From assembly GCA_016195025.1 (NCBI GenBank), contig JACQAL010000002.1, forward strand, positions 6,477-70,476: DNA of 64,000 nt, given 5' to 3'. Position 1 is the first letter of the stretch; each line of letters starts with the position of its first letter. Shown one piece after another: positions 28,385-37,281 of this stretch. The notes under the pieces were generated by a model. It was not told where the DNA came from. It saw only the letters and a program-made list of their open reading frames with translations, and searched no databases. The DNA is from Bacteroidota bacterium (GTDB lineage: Bacteria > Bacteroidota > Bacteroidia > Palsa-948). The translations under genes and the position numbers were made by a program.

Positions 28385-29566
28385 ATGCCGGTAGAAATAA
28401 AAGAAGTTAAAACGAAGAGTGACGCAAAGCAGTTTGTAAATCTTCCGTTTGAAATTTACAAAGGCAATGCCTTTTGGGTGCCGCCTTTGAAGGAAGGAGA
28501 AATGAAATCGCTTTTTCCCGAGACAAATCCCGCCTTTGATTTCTGCAAAGCAAAATTCTGGCTTGCGTTTAAGAATAAGAAATGCGTTGGAAGAATTGGC
28601 GCCATCATTAACGAAGCGTACAATAAAAAAACCGGAGAGAAGTTCGCGCGCTTTTCACGGCTGGAATTCTTTGATGACGAACCCCCCCCCCACTCCCCGA
28701 AGGGGGGAACACGGGAGAGTGGATTTCCTGATTTCCCCCTTCGGGGGACAGAGGGGGCTTTGCTTTCCACTGCCGAAAACTGGGCGAAAGAGAATAATTG
28801 CATAGGAATTCACGGGCCGCTTGGCTTTGCCAACCTCGATACTCAGGGTTTGCTGGTGGAAGGTTTTGAGCATTTGCAGGCGGTGGGTTCGGTTTATCAT
28901 CACGATTATTATCACAAGCACTTGGAAAAACTGGGCTATGAAAAAGAAATTGACTGGGTGGAGTTTCGTTTAACGCTGGGGCAGCAGGCGGTGGAAAAAG
29001 CAAACCGCGGTGCCGCGCTCATTCAGAAAAGATACGGCATTGAAGTTCTTCATTTCAAAAAGATGGACGAACTTCTTCCGCATTCCGACACTATTTTTAA
29101 AATACTGAACGATGCTTTCAGCGAACTTCCGTATGTAACGGAGTTTTCTGAAAGGATGATGGAGTTCTACAAAGAAAAATATATCAAACTTCTCAATCCC
29201 GAATTTGTGAAGATGGTAAAACTAAAAGGCGAGTTGGTTGGTTTTGTAATCGGGCTTCCTTCTTTATCCCATGCGCTGCAAAAAGCAAAGGGAAAACTTT
29301 TTCCTTTGGGGTTTCTTCACCTTTTAAAAGCGCGCAAGGGCGGAGAAGTGGTGGAGCAGTTGCTTACCGGAGTGAAAAAAGAAGTGATGTCAACCGGTGC
29401 GGGAGTTATTCTGATGGCTGAACTGCAAAAAGAAATGCTGAAGAAGGGAATGAAATATATTGAGACCACAGGCATTTTTGAAACCAACCAGAATGCAATT
29501 TCCAACTGGAAAAACTACGAGCATATTCAGCATAAAAGAAAGCGGATTTACCGCAAGATGTTTTAG
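28385..29566 (+). CDS. Acyl-CoA N-acyltransferase (GNAT-fold)-like protein of unknown specificity, carrying an in-frame GC-rich insert
   Basis: 393 aa, matching a Bacteroidota family of roughly 370 aa hypothetical GNAT-like proteins. Residues about 98-125 ('DDEPPPHSPKGGTRESGFPDFPLRGTEGA') are encoded by a GC-rich palindromic element. Confidence 0.45.
   Translation: MPVEIKEVKTKSDAKQFVNLPFEIYKGNAFWVPPLKEGEMKSLFPETNPAFDFCKAKFWLAFKNKKCVGRIGAIINEAYNKKTGEKFARFSRLEFFDDEPPPHSPKGGTRESGFPDFPLRGTEGALLSTAENWAKENNCIGIHGPLGFANLDTQGLLVEGFEHLQAVGSVYHHDYYHKHLEKLGYEKEIDWVEFRLTLGQQAVEKANRGAALIQKRYGIEVLHFKKMDELLPHSDTIFKILNDAFSELPYVTEFSERMMEFYKEKYIKLLNPEFVKMVKLKGELVGFVIGLPSLSHALQKAKGKLFPLGFLHLLKARKGGEVVEQLLTGVKKEVMSTGAGVILMAELQKEMLKKGMKYIETTGIFETNQNAISNWKNYEHIQHKRKRIYRKMF
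28682..28758 (+). repeat. GC-rich double-hairpin element sitting in-frame inside the GNAT-like ORF; includes a C10 homopolymer
   Basis: A C x 10 run at 28682-28691 is followed by 'CCCCgaaGGGGGG' (28695-28707) and 'CCCCCttcGGGGG' (28735-28747). The local GC is far above the roughly 40% background. It translates without stops. Confidence 0.6.
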
Positions 29567-29569
29567 AAA

Positions 29570-30427
29570 TTACTTCACCACCACCATCTTCTTTGTTCCC
29601 ACACTCCCCTTGCTGGTTTGCAGTTGGTAATAATAAACCCCCGCAGGAAGTTGCGTGTTATCAAGCAGCAAATCAGTAAATGTATCATCCACTTTATAGC
29701 GTTTAACCTCTGCGCCTTGCGTGTTGTATAAAATTATCTCTCCCTCTTTTTCTCCTTTGGGTAATTCATATTGTAAAGTTACCGCGCCATTGCTTGGGTT
29801 TGGGTATAAATTGCCTAAGCCCTGCGCCTGCATTAGCGCGGCATTGCCCTCCTGTATGCCGGTGCTTAGGGTGCCGGGTAAACTATATACAATTGCATCT
29901 CCTTTAGTTGTGCTTTGGTCGCTTAAAATCATTTTTGTTCCTTGCGAAGTATTGTATATAGGATATTGTTGTAACTGAATATTAAGTGTTATTAAAGGAG
30001 CCATACTATCTGCTGAAAAAATAATAGTCCCATCTTCTTTATATATTTGTGTGTGTACTCCACCGGCACAATCACCATAAATATACATAAATTCGATTTG
30101 CGCATCAGTATTAAATAATTGCTCAGAGAAATAAAGTATAGTTGCATATGGTCCATTACATCCAGGGAAGCCTGAAAGAGAAATTGTTTTAACTAAAGAA
30201 TGGTTTATATCATAGATGCTTATCATTTTTCCTGTTCTATTAATCTTAACATATCTTTCTCCAGATAATTCAAATTTTATTAACATTAGTTGAGATGAGG
30301 GAGCAGTATTAGTAGATGTATTGAATACGCCATAAGTAGAGGCACTATCATATTTGTGCTCCATAGTAATTTGTGCTTTTGTTTTGATAGCAAATGCAAA
30401 CAATACAAGAAGTAATATTTTTTTCAT
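29570..30427 (-). CDS. Secreted protein with a T9SS type-A C-terminal sorting domain
   Basis: 285 aa with signal peptide 'MKKILLLVLFAFAIKTKAQ'. The C-terminus 'LYPNPSNGAVTLQYELPKGEKEGEIILYNTQGAEVKRYKV...LPAGVYYYQLQTSKG' is a Por-CTD. Confidence 0.7.
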   Translation of the reverse strand: MKKILLLVLFAFAIKTKAQITMEHKYDSASTYGVFNTSTNTAPSSQLMLIKFELSGERYVKINRTGKMISIYDINHSLVKTISLSGFPGCNGPYATILYFSEQLFNTDAQIEFMYIYGDCAGGVHTQIYKEDGTIIFSADSMAPLITLNIQLQQYPIYNTSQGTKMILSDQSTTKGDAIVYSLPGTLSTGIQEGNAALMQAQGLGNLYPNPSNGAVTLQYELPKGEKEGEIILYNTQGAEVKRYKVDDTFTDLLLDNTQLPAGVYYYQLQTSKGSVGTKKMVVVK

Positions 30428-30532
30428 AGCATTCTACTTTTAGCAAAAGTAAAGATTTTATAGTAAAAGCCCATCTTTTTTCTTAATACGGGCTTTTACT
30501 ATAATTAGTTGCGTTGTTATTTACTTCTTCAG

Positions 30533-32935
30533 TTAATCCTTAATCATTTTTTTCGTCTCTATAACTTTTCCGTTTACAATAAGGGAATAAGAATAAACTC
30601 CTGCTGAGAGATTAGTGGCGGTAATATTCAACTGCCCCATTCCTTTTTCTTCCACTTTGTAAATCTTTAACTGAGTGCCAAACTCATCGTAGAAAACAAT
30701 TTGCGCGTTGGCATTATCGGGCACAAAGTATTTAATGGTTGTGCCATCGCCAAACGGATTAGGAGAATTTTGAAAAAGTACAGCAGTATTTGCGAGTTCA
30801 AGTTCATGAATGGAAGGAATATTTCCCTGCTCGGTATTTGTATTGCCGTTTGAATTATTTCCGCTGCCGTTTGTGCGCTGTCCGCCTGTGAGTGTGGAAA
30901 TTTGTGATTTCAATGCAGCAACAGTAGTTGTTAATGTATCAATCATTTTTTGCTGCTCTTGCATTGCTTTTACCATAGGAACAATAAATTTTGCATAACC
31001 CAAACTGTAATGGTCTTTTGAATTTTGTGGTCTGTAAACTCCATCAAAATCATATCCAAGTTTATTAGCAACGCTATCAACTTCTTGAGCAATAAATCCA
31101 GTACAAACCTTTTTTTCTGCTTTATCAAGTCCATCATTCATTTGCTGAATAAGGCTATCGCTTCTGCCAATAAATTTTTCTAAAGCATGGGCTTGAAAAT
31201 TATAAGTAATAGGTCGTAGTTTCATAATGAAAGCTAATCCGGGAACATTTTCTTTAATATTTGTTTTGAATCTACCATCAGAAAGAATTGACCAACCTGT
31301 TGTTGGATACCCGCCTATTGTCCCGCCTGTCATTGTAGAATTTCCTATAACTATTTTATCGCTTGCAGTCGATGAAGCAAGATATCCAAATGCACCTGCA
31401 TTTGTACCAGTCGCTCCCGCATCCGCGCCATAGCCCACGCAGGTATTATAAGTACCGGTAGTAATGCTTGCTCCCGTATTATATCCAATTGCAGTATTGC
31501 CGTCACCGGTGCTGTTGCTGCTTGCATTGCGTCCCACGCAGGTATTGTAACTCCCCGTGTTGGTGTAGCCGGCAGAAAAACCAATCATTGTGTTTGAGCC
31601 GCTGGTTGCATTGGAATAGCCCGCCTGATAACCCAAGTTTGTATTTCTTGAGCCGCTTGTATTGAGGTATCCCGCCCCGCTTCCTATAGAAGTTGCCCAG
31701 GACGCTGTGTTGTTATAACCGGACTGGTAACCCATCATAACAATATCGGTGGCGGTGGTTGATTTATATCCTGCCTGTGAGCCAAAAAAACAGTTATCAG
31801 AAAAAGAATTAGCAACCGTGCCTCCTCCTCCGCCTGCTTTATAACCGGTAATTGCATTATCAGTTCCGGTCTGGTTCCAGTAACCGGCATTATATCCAGC
31901 AATGGTGTTGTTTGTACCCGATGAATTACTTGCTCCTGCTAAACTTCCCACCATAGTATTGCTGGTTGCAGATGCCGCGCAACTAAATCCTGCCTCATAA
32001 CCGAGCAAAGTATTGTCATTTGCACCTGAAGCAAGATTTTGACCTGCATAATATCCGAAACAGGAATTATTGCTTCCGTTAGAATTGTTATATCCTGCAT
32101 TATTTCCTACAAAAACATTACCTGTGCCCGTTGTATTTAAGTCACCGGCATAATATCCAATAAAGGTATTTCCATTCACTGTATTATTTGATCCTGCAAG
32201 ATACCCGACAAAAACATTATTGCTCGCAGTTTGAGTGGTGCAAGTAGGACAATTACCTGCCGAATATCCTACATATACATTGGATGTGCCGGAGTAATTA
32301 TTAATCCCCGCATCTCCTCCTAAAAATGTATTGCCTGTAGCGCCTGAAGAGTTTTTGCCTGCGTCAACTCCCGCATAAATATTAGTATGAGTTCCATTAA
32401 TCCAAAGAACTTTTTGTGTTCCTAAAAAATACGCGTTTGACGTGCCTGTGGTTGTGCCGCCTGCATTTATATCTTGATCGACATCCAATCTATAAGTACC
32501 TGGAGAGTAATTAGTGCCAATGCCAAGATTACCGGTGCTATTTTTAAGAACCAATAAATCTGTATTGTCAGCGGCATTACTTACACGGAGTGAAAGAGAG
32601 CTTGCTCCGATTTTAATATAGGAGTGTTGATAGGTTGTGTTATAGTAACCAATCTCCAATTTTGCGCTTATATTATCATCTATATGAAGCCCTCCGTGAA
32701 GCGTTAATTTTCCATAAGTGGATGAGGAAGTGGTACCGCCAATTACAATTTTGCTGTTAGTAGCATCTTCATAAATTGGAGTGGCAGTGTTTCCTGCTGT
32801 ACTCCCCGTAGATGTAAATTTCGTTATGTAATTATTTGTACCGCTTCCAGTAATATTTTGTGCAAACATGCTGCCTGCGCTAAAGCACACCGCCACTCCC
32901 AGCAGCAATGCCTTTGTAAAAGTAGTTGTTTTCAT
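30533..32935 (-). CDS. Tail-fibre-like secreted protein: Gly/Asn/Thr-rich hemagglutinin-like repeats, a Peptidase_S74 (intramolecular chaperone) domain, and a T9SS type-A CTD
   Basis: 800 aa with a signal peptide. It has long runs of the repeat 'GxxAGxxNTxGxxNTxxGYxAG'. 'SDGRFKTNIKENVPGLAFIMKLRPITYNF...GFIAQEV...YAKFIVPMVKAMQEQQKMIDTL' matches the SDxRxKxNI chaperone-of-endosialidase domain. The C-terminus 'NSPNPFGDGTTIKYFV...SAGVYSYSLIVNGKVIETKKMIKD' is a Por-CTD. Confidence 0.7.
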   Translation of the reverse strand: MKTTTFTKALLLGVAVCFSAGSMFAQNITGSGTNNYITKFTSTGSTAGNTATPIYEDATNSKIVIGGTTSSSTYGKLTLHGGLHIDDNISAKLEIGYYNTTYQHSYIKIGASSLSLRVSNAADNTDLLVLKNSTGNLGIGTNYSPGTYRLDVDQDINAGGTTTGTSNAYFLGTQKVLWINGTHTNIYAGVDAGKNSSGATGNTFLGGDAGINNYSGTSNVYVGYSAGNCPTCTTQTASNNVFVGYLAGSNNTVNGNTFIGYYAGDLNTTGTGNVFVGNNAGYNNSNGSNNSCFGYYAGQNLASGANDNTLLGYEAGFSCAASATSNTMVGSLAGASNSSGTNNTIAGYNAGYWNQTGTDNAITGYKAGGGGGTVANSFSDNCFFGSQAGYKSTTATDIVMMGYQSGYNNTASWATSIGSGAGYLNTSGSRNTNLGYQAGYSNATSGSNTMIGFSAGYTNTGSYNTCVGRNASSNSTGDGNTAIGYNTGASITTGTYNTCVGYGADAGATGTNAGAFGYLASSTASDKIVIGNSTMTGGTIGGYPTTGWSILSDGRFKTNIKENVPGLAFIMKLRPITYNFQAHALEKFIGRSDSLIQQMNDGLDKAEKKVCTGFIAQEVDSVANKLGYDFDGVYRPQNSKDHYSLGYAKFIVPMVKAMQEQQKMIDTLTTTVAALKSQISTLTGGQRTNGSGNNSNGNTNTEQGNIPSIHELELANTAVLFQNSPNPFGDGTTIKYFVPDNANAQIVFYDEFGTQLKIYKVEEKGMGQLNITATNLSAGVYSYSLIVNGKVIETKKMIKD

Positions 32936-33021
32936 TATTATTTTTGTTTTAGAAATTTATTTTGCAGTTTTAAAAATCATTATTCAATAATCAATAATCA
33001 TTACACATTGGTCATTCCCCC

Positions 33022-33927
33022 TCACGACACCACCGCCCAGGCAGGCATGGAAAAAGCCCCCAGTTCGCCACGCGAGTTTTTCACGCGCGCAATGTACCAG
33101 GCGCATTTGCCAAGAGAGGTATTGTCTAAAACGCTTCTGAACAAGCCGCGGCTCGCATCGCCCGAATACTGGTAATCTGCCTGCGCGGGAATGGTTTGCG
33201 GGTTTAGTGTGAGCGCTATGTACACCTGAATTTCTTTCACTCCTTTTTCCTTGCCGCGTTTTTTATGCTCCACGCTGGTTACCAAAAGCACATGCAGCAA
33301 ATGTTTTATTTCGCGTATGGCAATGCTCACTTCTTTTCTGCCGGGCGCGGCAGTGCGTGTGAGGGTGGTATCCTGCAAAAGCGTTCCTTTCTTAATGCGG
33401 AAGGTTTCGCAGTCGCTCACCGTGCCGTTGAGGGCAATTTTATCGAGCAGGTGATGCCCCGTGTTTTTATCGTGGTCATACCTGAGCGTGTTCTTAATCA
33501 GAATAAGCAGTTGGTCTTTAATGTCGGTGTTCCGGTGCCGCTTGTCGGCATACTGCGCGTAAAGCGTATCGCTCTGGCTGCGGAAGGTATGCCAGTCAGT
33601 GCTTTCCTGCCCCGTCCAGCCCCAGTTCTGGAAGCGGTTGTTTTGCAGTTGATAGTTATCGGTGTTCACCATATAAGCGGCAAACTCCGAGGGTTTGTTG
33701 GGGATGCGTGTGGTGCAGGCAATGAATGGCTCACGGACGGCAATGAGTGATTTTTGGCAGGCAATGAGCGGCTCACGGACGGCAATGAACGATTTTCGGC
33801 AGGCAATGAGCGGCTCACCGCCTGCCATAAATGCCTTGCGGTTAAGAGAACCGCGTTTTTTGAATGATTTTGCTACCTTGCGGAGTGCCTCAGCCAATGC
33901 GCGAAGCAGAGCCGAAAGGAGGCGCAA
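33022..33927 (-). CDS. Hypothetical protein in a GC-rich island. The likely true start is the internal Met at 33672 (MVNTDNYQ..., 216 aa). Upstream, the ORF translation is made of tandem nucleotide repeats.
   Basis: The minus-strand ORF is 301 aa. The first roughly 85 aa (Ala/Leu/Arg-rich, 'EPLIACRKSFIAVREPLIACQKSLIAVREPFIAC') are the translation of the 42 bp repeats, so a start at 33672 is more plausible. No family was recognised. GC content is visibly about 50% against about 40% for the flanks. Confidence 0.35.
   Translation of the reverse strand: MRLLSALLRALAEALRKVAKSFKKRGSLNRKAFMAGGEPLIACRKSFIAVREPLIACQKSLIAVREPFIACTTRIPNKPSEFAAYMVNTDNYQLQNNRFQNWGWTGQESTDWHTFRSQSDTLYAQYADKRHRNTDIKDQLLILIKNTLRYDHDKNTGHHLLDKIALNGTVSDCETFRIKKGTLLQDTTLTRTAAPGRKEVSIAIREIKHLLHVLLVTSVEHKKRGKEKGVKEIQVYIALTLNPQTIPAQADYQYSGDASRGLFRSVLDNTSLGKCAWYIARVKNSRGELGAFSMPAWAVVS
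33715..33828. repeat. Tandem direct repeats of about 42 bp, roughly 2.7 copies
   Basis: 'GCAGGCAATGAATGGCTCACGGACGGCAATGAGTGATTTTTG', then 'GCAGGCAATGAGCGGCTCACGGACGGCAATGAACGATTTTCG', then a partial 'GCAGGCAATGAGCGGCTCACCGCCTGCCAT'. Each unit contains a 21 nt sub-repeat 'GGCAATGAnnGnnTnnnGgnn'. Confidence 0.8.
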
Positions 33928-33986
33928 ACGCGGGTGAGTGTAATAATAAGGAAGAAATAAACTTTGCTTATGAGAGCAGAAGAAGG

Positions 33987-34049
33987 GCTGGTCGCTGGTC
34001 GCTGGTCGCTGGTCGCTGGTCGCTGGTCGCTGGTCGCTGGTCGCTGGTC
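33987..34049. repeat. Perfect heptanucleotide microsatellite (GCTGGTC) x 9
   Basis: 63 nt of uninterrupted 'gctggtc' units, about 60 nt upstream of the 33927 ORF start, in the gap between two T9SS protease genes. Confidence 0.9.
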
Positions 34050-34210
34050 AAACGGTTTCATAGAGCGAACATAACTGATTGCCGTCAATTTATTGCAAGG
34101 AGAGAGGGAAAAGATACGATTTTTTGCAAACAAGTTTTCAACAATAAAAAAAACCCTGAATCTGCCTTAAACAGACAGTCCCGGGGTTTTCTGTGAGAGA
34201 ATTTTACCTT

Positions 34211-37135
34211 TTATTTCATCACACTGAATCTTTTCGTCAGCACTGCTTCGCCTGCTTTTAACTGGAAAAAATAATTTCCCGCGCTGAGTTTGGAAGCATC
34301 GAGGGTGAGCGTGTTTCTTCCCTGCTGAATGTTTTCATAGGTCATTACCACTTCGCCCAGTGAATTCATAATGCGGATGGCGGCATGCTCGTAGCCAATC
34401 ACGTTGTAGGCAATGTTCACGTTGGTGGTTGCGGGCGAGGGATAAGCATACGCCCAGAAGTTATCGGTTTCGCCATTTTCAAACACACCGGTGCTGCAGG
34501 AGTTATCCCATTTATCCTGCGCAGCGCAGGCGGTTGCCTGAATGTCGGCAAGGTTGTCTCCGCCAATGAGCGCGAAGGCAACGGTTACGCTGTCGCCCGC
34601 ATTTACGGTGAAGGGCCCGCTGCTCACGCAGTTCATCACATCTCCTCCGGTGGCAGAAAATCCATCGCTGGCGCGCAGAACGGAAAGGGCTTTGTATTTA
34701 TCGGCAGTGGTGAAATTGGTGGTGGGGTCAATGTCTCCATTTCCTCCCGAAACGTTGTCCACCACATGGCAGTTGGGAGGTGCGGAATTAGTTAAGACCT
34801 TCGTAGCCGCATATAAATTATTTCCCACCCAGTAAACGTATCCCATTTTGTTGGGCACATCCCAACTTGCTTTGTCCTGCCCCGAATTGGCATTGGGCAC
34901 ATCCCAGTCAGACATGATTCCGGCATACAAGCCGCTGAGCGTGCTTGCGCCCGTATTGGTGATTACATATTTCACAATCACAAATTTCCTGTAAGGCGCG
35001 GTTTGCCATGCATACGCATTGTGGTGAACGCTCACGGGAATGGGACCGCTGGTGGTGGCAGGCGCATCGTTGAAACTTCCATCCACATCAAAATCGGAAA
35101 CCGTTGCGGGAAGAACTTGTTTCACGCGAACGGTAGAACCAAAATCGGTGTTGCCCGTGCTTGCATCGCGGAACATATCAGAAACCTTTGTACTTGAAGC
35201 GCCAATCATCAAACTGGATTCATAGAGAAGCGCCTGGGGCGATGGGTTTTCGTATTCAACGCCAAGCCCGTTCACCTGCCCGTCATTGTTATAGCCAATT
35301 CTTCCTTTGCTGGTAATGGTGGTGTGCAAATCATTAATGGTAATATTAATGTAATCGGGGTTCACCAGAATATCAAAATACGTATCGCCCGTGAACGTTC
35401 CATCCGTAATATGAATTTTGAAACGCACGGTTTGATTAATGGGAGCGCTGGCAGAAAGCACCGCTGTAAAAGGCGAAGCATTGTTGTTGGTTGTTGCCAG
35501 CGTGGCAAGCGCGCCAATGGTGAAACTTCCGTTTGTAATAGTAGGATTGGGTCCCGCAGAAACCGAATAGGTGCTCAGCGTTGCCGTTGCGCTGGAAGAA
35601 GAAGGGTCAAGATAATTGGTGAATATTCCGCTGATGTCAATGGTTTCACCCACATCAAAAATGTTATCGTTATTGTCAGTAACTGTAACCGGATTTACCA
35701 AAATGGATTTTGCCGCCTGCGTGAGCGCGTTGTTGATGTCAATTCTTCCCTTGCCAAGTTTTCCTAAAGGATATTGCGTGGCGCTTGGCATAGGGTCGCA
35801 GGTTTGTTTCATCTGCTCTCCAATCTGGAAAGCATTGGTATAATTTTTCACCGACTGAATCAATGCCGCACCGCCTGCCGAAACCGGGCAAGCCATGGAA
35901 GTTCCGCTGGCTGATTGGTATCCTGCACCGCTCGTGGTTGAATAAACATTATTTCCGGGAGCGCAGTAGTCCACATCCAGCCCGTAAGAAGAAAAACCCG
36001 CCATGTTATCTGTGCTGGTGGAAGCCGACACGCGGTATATATTATTATAGGAAGAAGGATAGGTTTGGTCTTCCACTCCGTTATTGCCGGCAGAAGCCAT
36101 CACCAGAATATTATTGTTGATGGCGGCATAGTCAATAATGTTTTGCCCGTAAGAGCCGCCACCGCTTCCGCCCCATGAGTTGCTGATCATCTGAACAATG
36201 TTTCCATGCTTGGCAGAAAAATCGGCAAGCCATTGAATTCCCTGGTAGGCAGCCACCAGTGCACCGCTTGCATCGGCAATTTTGCACATGATAAATTTCG
36301 TATTGAAGCCGGGGCTTGAAACTCCCGTGCTGTTATTTGTAACCGCACAGGCATCTCCGCTTGTCATCACTCCGTGATTGTTTCCCTGCCAGGTGGGGTC
36401 GTTGTCATTCATTCCCACATCCCAGCCGTTGTAATCGTCTATATAACCGTCTGCATCATTATCACTGCCATCAACCGGGTCAGCGGTGTTGTGGTAAACA
36501 TTTGCGGCAAGGTCGGGGTGAGTGAGTTCTGTGCCGGTGTCGGTGATTCCCACTATAAAACTTGCGCTTCCGTTGGTGGTGCACCAGGCGGTTCCTTTCA
36601 CATCAATGCTGCCGGTAACATTTCCTTGGATATGATATTGGCTTCCTAAAGATGGGTCATTCGGAGTGCATACGGCATGAAGTTTGGGAACATACCAGGG
36701 CTCCACGTATTCAAAATAGCCGAGCGAAAGCATTCCGTTAATTACTTTTTCAAGATTCAAACCTGAGGTGAACTTGAAAGAATAAATAAGAGAGAGGTCA
36801 ACTAATTTTTGTCCGAGCGCATTTCTTTCCTGCGCGGGCGCTTCCACGTGAGGATAAATTTTTGCCACTTTAGTTGCGCCCACCGAATTAAGATAATCCT
36901 GAAGCGGAAGAATATTATCAACTGAATTTATTTTGCAGTTCTGCCGGTACTGGGGTTTTACTTTGAAGATAACTGTGGTTGGCAGATAATCTCCTTCGTG
37001 AACATTTGCAGCCAGTTTGAAATGCATGGGCGCATGGTTGCCCGGAATAATTACTTCGCATTTGTTGCCTGCGAATGTAAGCGCTGTGCCAGAGAGAAAA
37101 AGCGCAGCAGTAAACAGAGATGTAAATTTTTTCAT
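34211..37135 (-). CDS. Subtilisin-like serine protease (S8 family) with a T9SS type-A C-terminal sorting domain
   Basis: 974 aa with a signal peptide. The catalytic triad context is present: D ('VGITDTGTELTHPDL'), H ('NNHGVMTSG') and S ('GTSMACPVSAGGAALI'). The C-terminus 'YPSPATTNVNIAYNV...LSAGNYFFQLKAGEAVLTKRFSVMK' is a Por-CTD. Confidence 0.9.
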   Translation of the reverse strand: MKKFTSLFTAALFLSGTALTFAGNKCEVIIPGNHAPMHFKLAANVHEGDYLPTTVIFKVKPQYRQNCKINSVDNILPLQDYLNSVGATKVAKIYPHVEAPAQERNALGQKLVDLSLIYSFKFTSGLNLEKVINGMLSLGYFEYVEPWYVPKLHAVCTPNDPSLGSQYHIQGNVTGSIDVKGTAWCTTNGSASFIVGITDTGTELTHPDLAANVYHNTADPVDGSDNDADGYIDDYNGWDVGMNDNDPTWQGNNHGVMTSGDACAVTNNSTGVSSPGFNTKFIMCKIADASGALVAAYQGIQWLADFSAKHGNIVQMISNSWGGSGGGSYGQNIIDYAAINNNILVMASAGNNGVEDQTYPSSYNNIYRVSASTSTDNMAGFSSYGLDVDYCAPGNNVYSTTSGAGYQSASGTSMACPVSAGGAALIQSVKNYTNAFQIGEQMKQTCDPMPSATQYPLGKLGKGRIDINNALTQAAKSILVNPVTVTDNNDNIFDVGETIDISGIFTNYLDPSSSSATATLSTYSVSAGPNPTITNGSFTIGALATLATTNNNASPFTAVLSASAPINQTVRFKIHITDGTFTGDTYFDILVNPDYINITINDLHTTITSKGRIGYNNDGQVNGLGVEYENPSPQALLYESSLMIGASSTKVSDMFRDASTGNTDFGSTVRVKQVLPATVSDFDVDGSFNDAPATTSGPIPVSVHHNAYAWQTAPYRKFVIVKYVITNTGASTLSGLYAGIMSDWDVPNANSGQDKASWDVPNKMGYVYWVGNNLYAATKVLTNSAPPNCHVVDNVSGGNGDIDPTTNFTTADKYKALSVLRASDGFSATGGDVMNCVSSGPFTVNAGDSVTVAFALIGGDNLADIQATACAAQDKWDNSCSTGVFENGETDNFWAYAYPSPATTNVNIAYNVIGYEHAAIRIMNSLGEVVMTYENIQQGRNTLTLDASKLSAGNYFFQLKAGEAVLTKRFSVMK

Positions 37136-37230
37136 AGTGAAAATAGTTAGTTTGGTTTTAAAAGGGATGTAAAGGTAGAAATCTCCTAATCAAAACCAAA
37201 ATTTAGGTAAACTTTTTTTTACACTTAGAA

Positions 37231-37280
37231 CTCACCCCTAACCCCTCTCTTTCTGAAAGAGAGGGGAATTTAAGGGGAGA
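37231..37280. repeat. Intergenic GC-rich palindromic hairpin element, in a terminator position for the 37282-37731 gene
   Basis: 'CCCCTCTCTttctgaaAGAGAGGGG' has a 9 bp stem (37242-37266). It is flanked by 'cacccctaa...ttaaggggag'. The 'CTCTCCCC/GGGGAGAG' stem is shared with the holA insert. Confidence 0.55.
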
Positions 37281-37281
37281 G

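Noticed and set aside
33265-33750. Plus-strand 161 aa ORF (and 33251-33454) within the GC-rich island
   Set aside because: It lies on the opposite strand to a longer ORF. Long open frames on several strands are expected in locally GC-rich DNA, and it has no recognisable features.
33715-34049. Considered whether the 42 bp repeats plus the heptamer array, the 63 nt repeats at 39195-39340 (with a recurring 'GTTTTAG'), or the 21 bp x 5 repeats at 57025-57129 could be CRISPR arrays
   Set aside because: All are directly adjacent tandem repeats with no unique spacers of 25-40 nt between copies, and no cas genes are present in the window. The 'GTTTTAG' resemblance to type II repeats is only 7 nt.
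33864-34196. ORFs spanning the heptamer microsatellite (RAGRWSLVAGRWSLV... on plus, RPATSDQRPATSDQ... on minus)
   Set aside because: The periodic peptides come from 7 nt repeats read in rotating frames, in an intergenic position.
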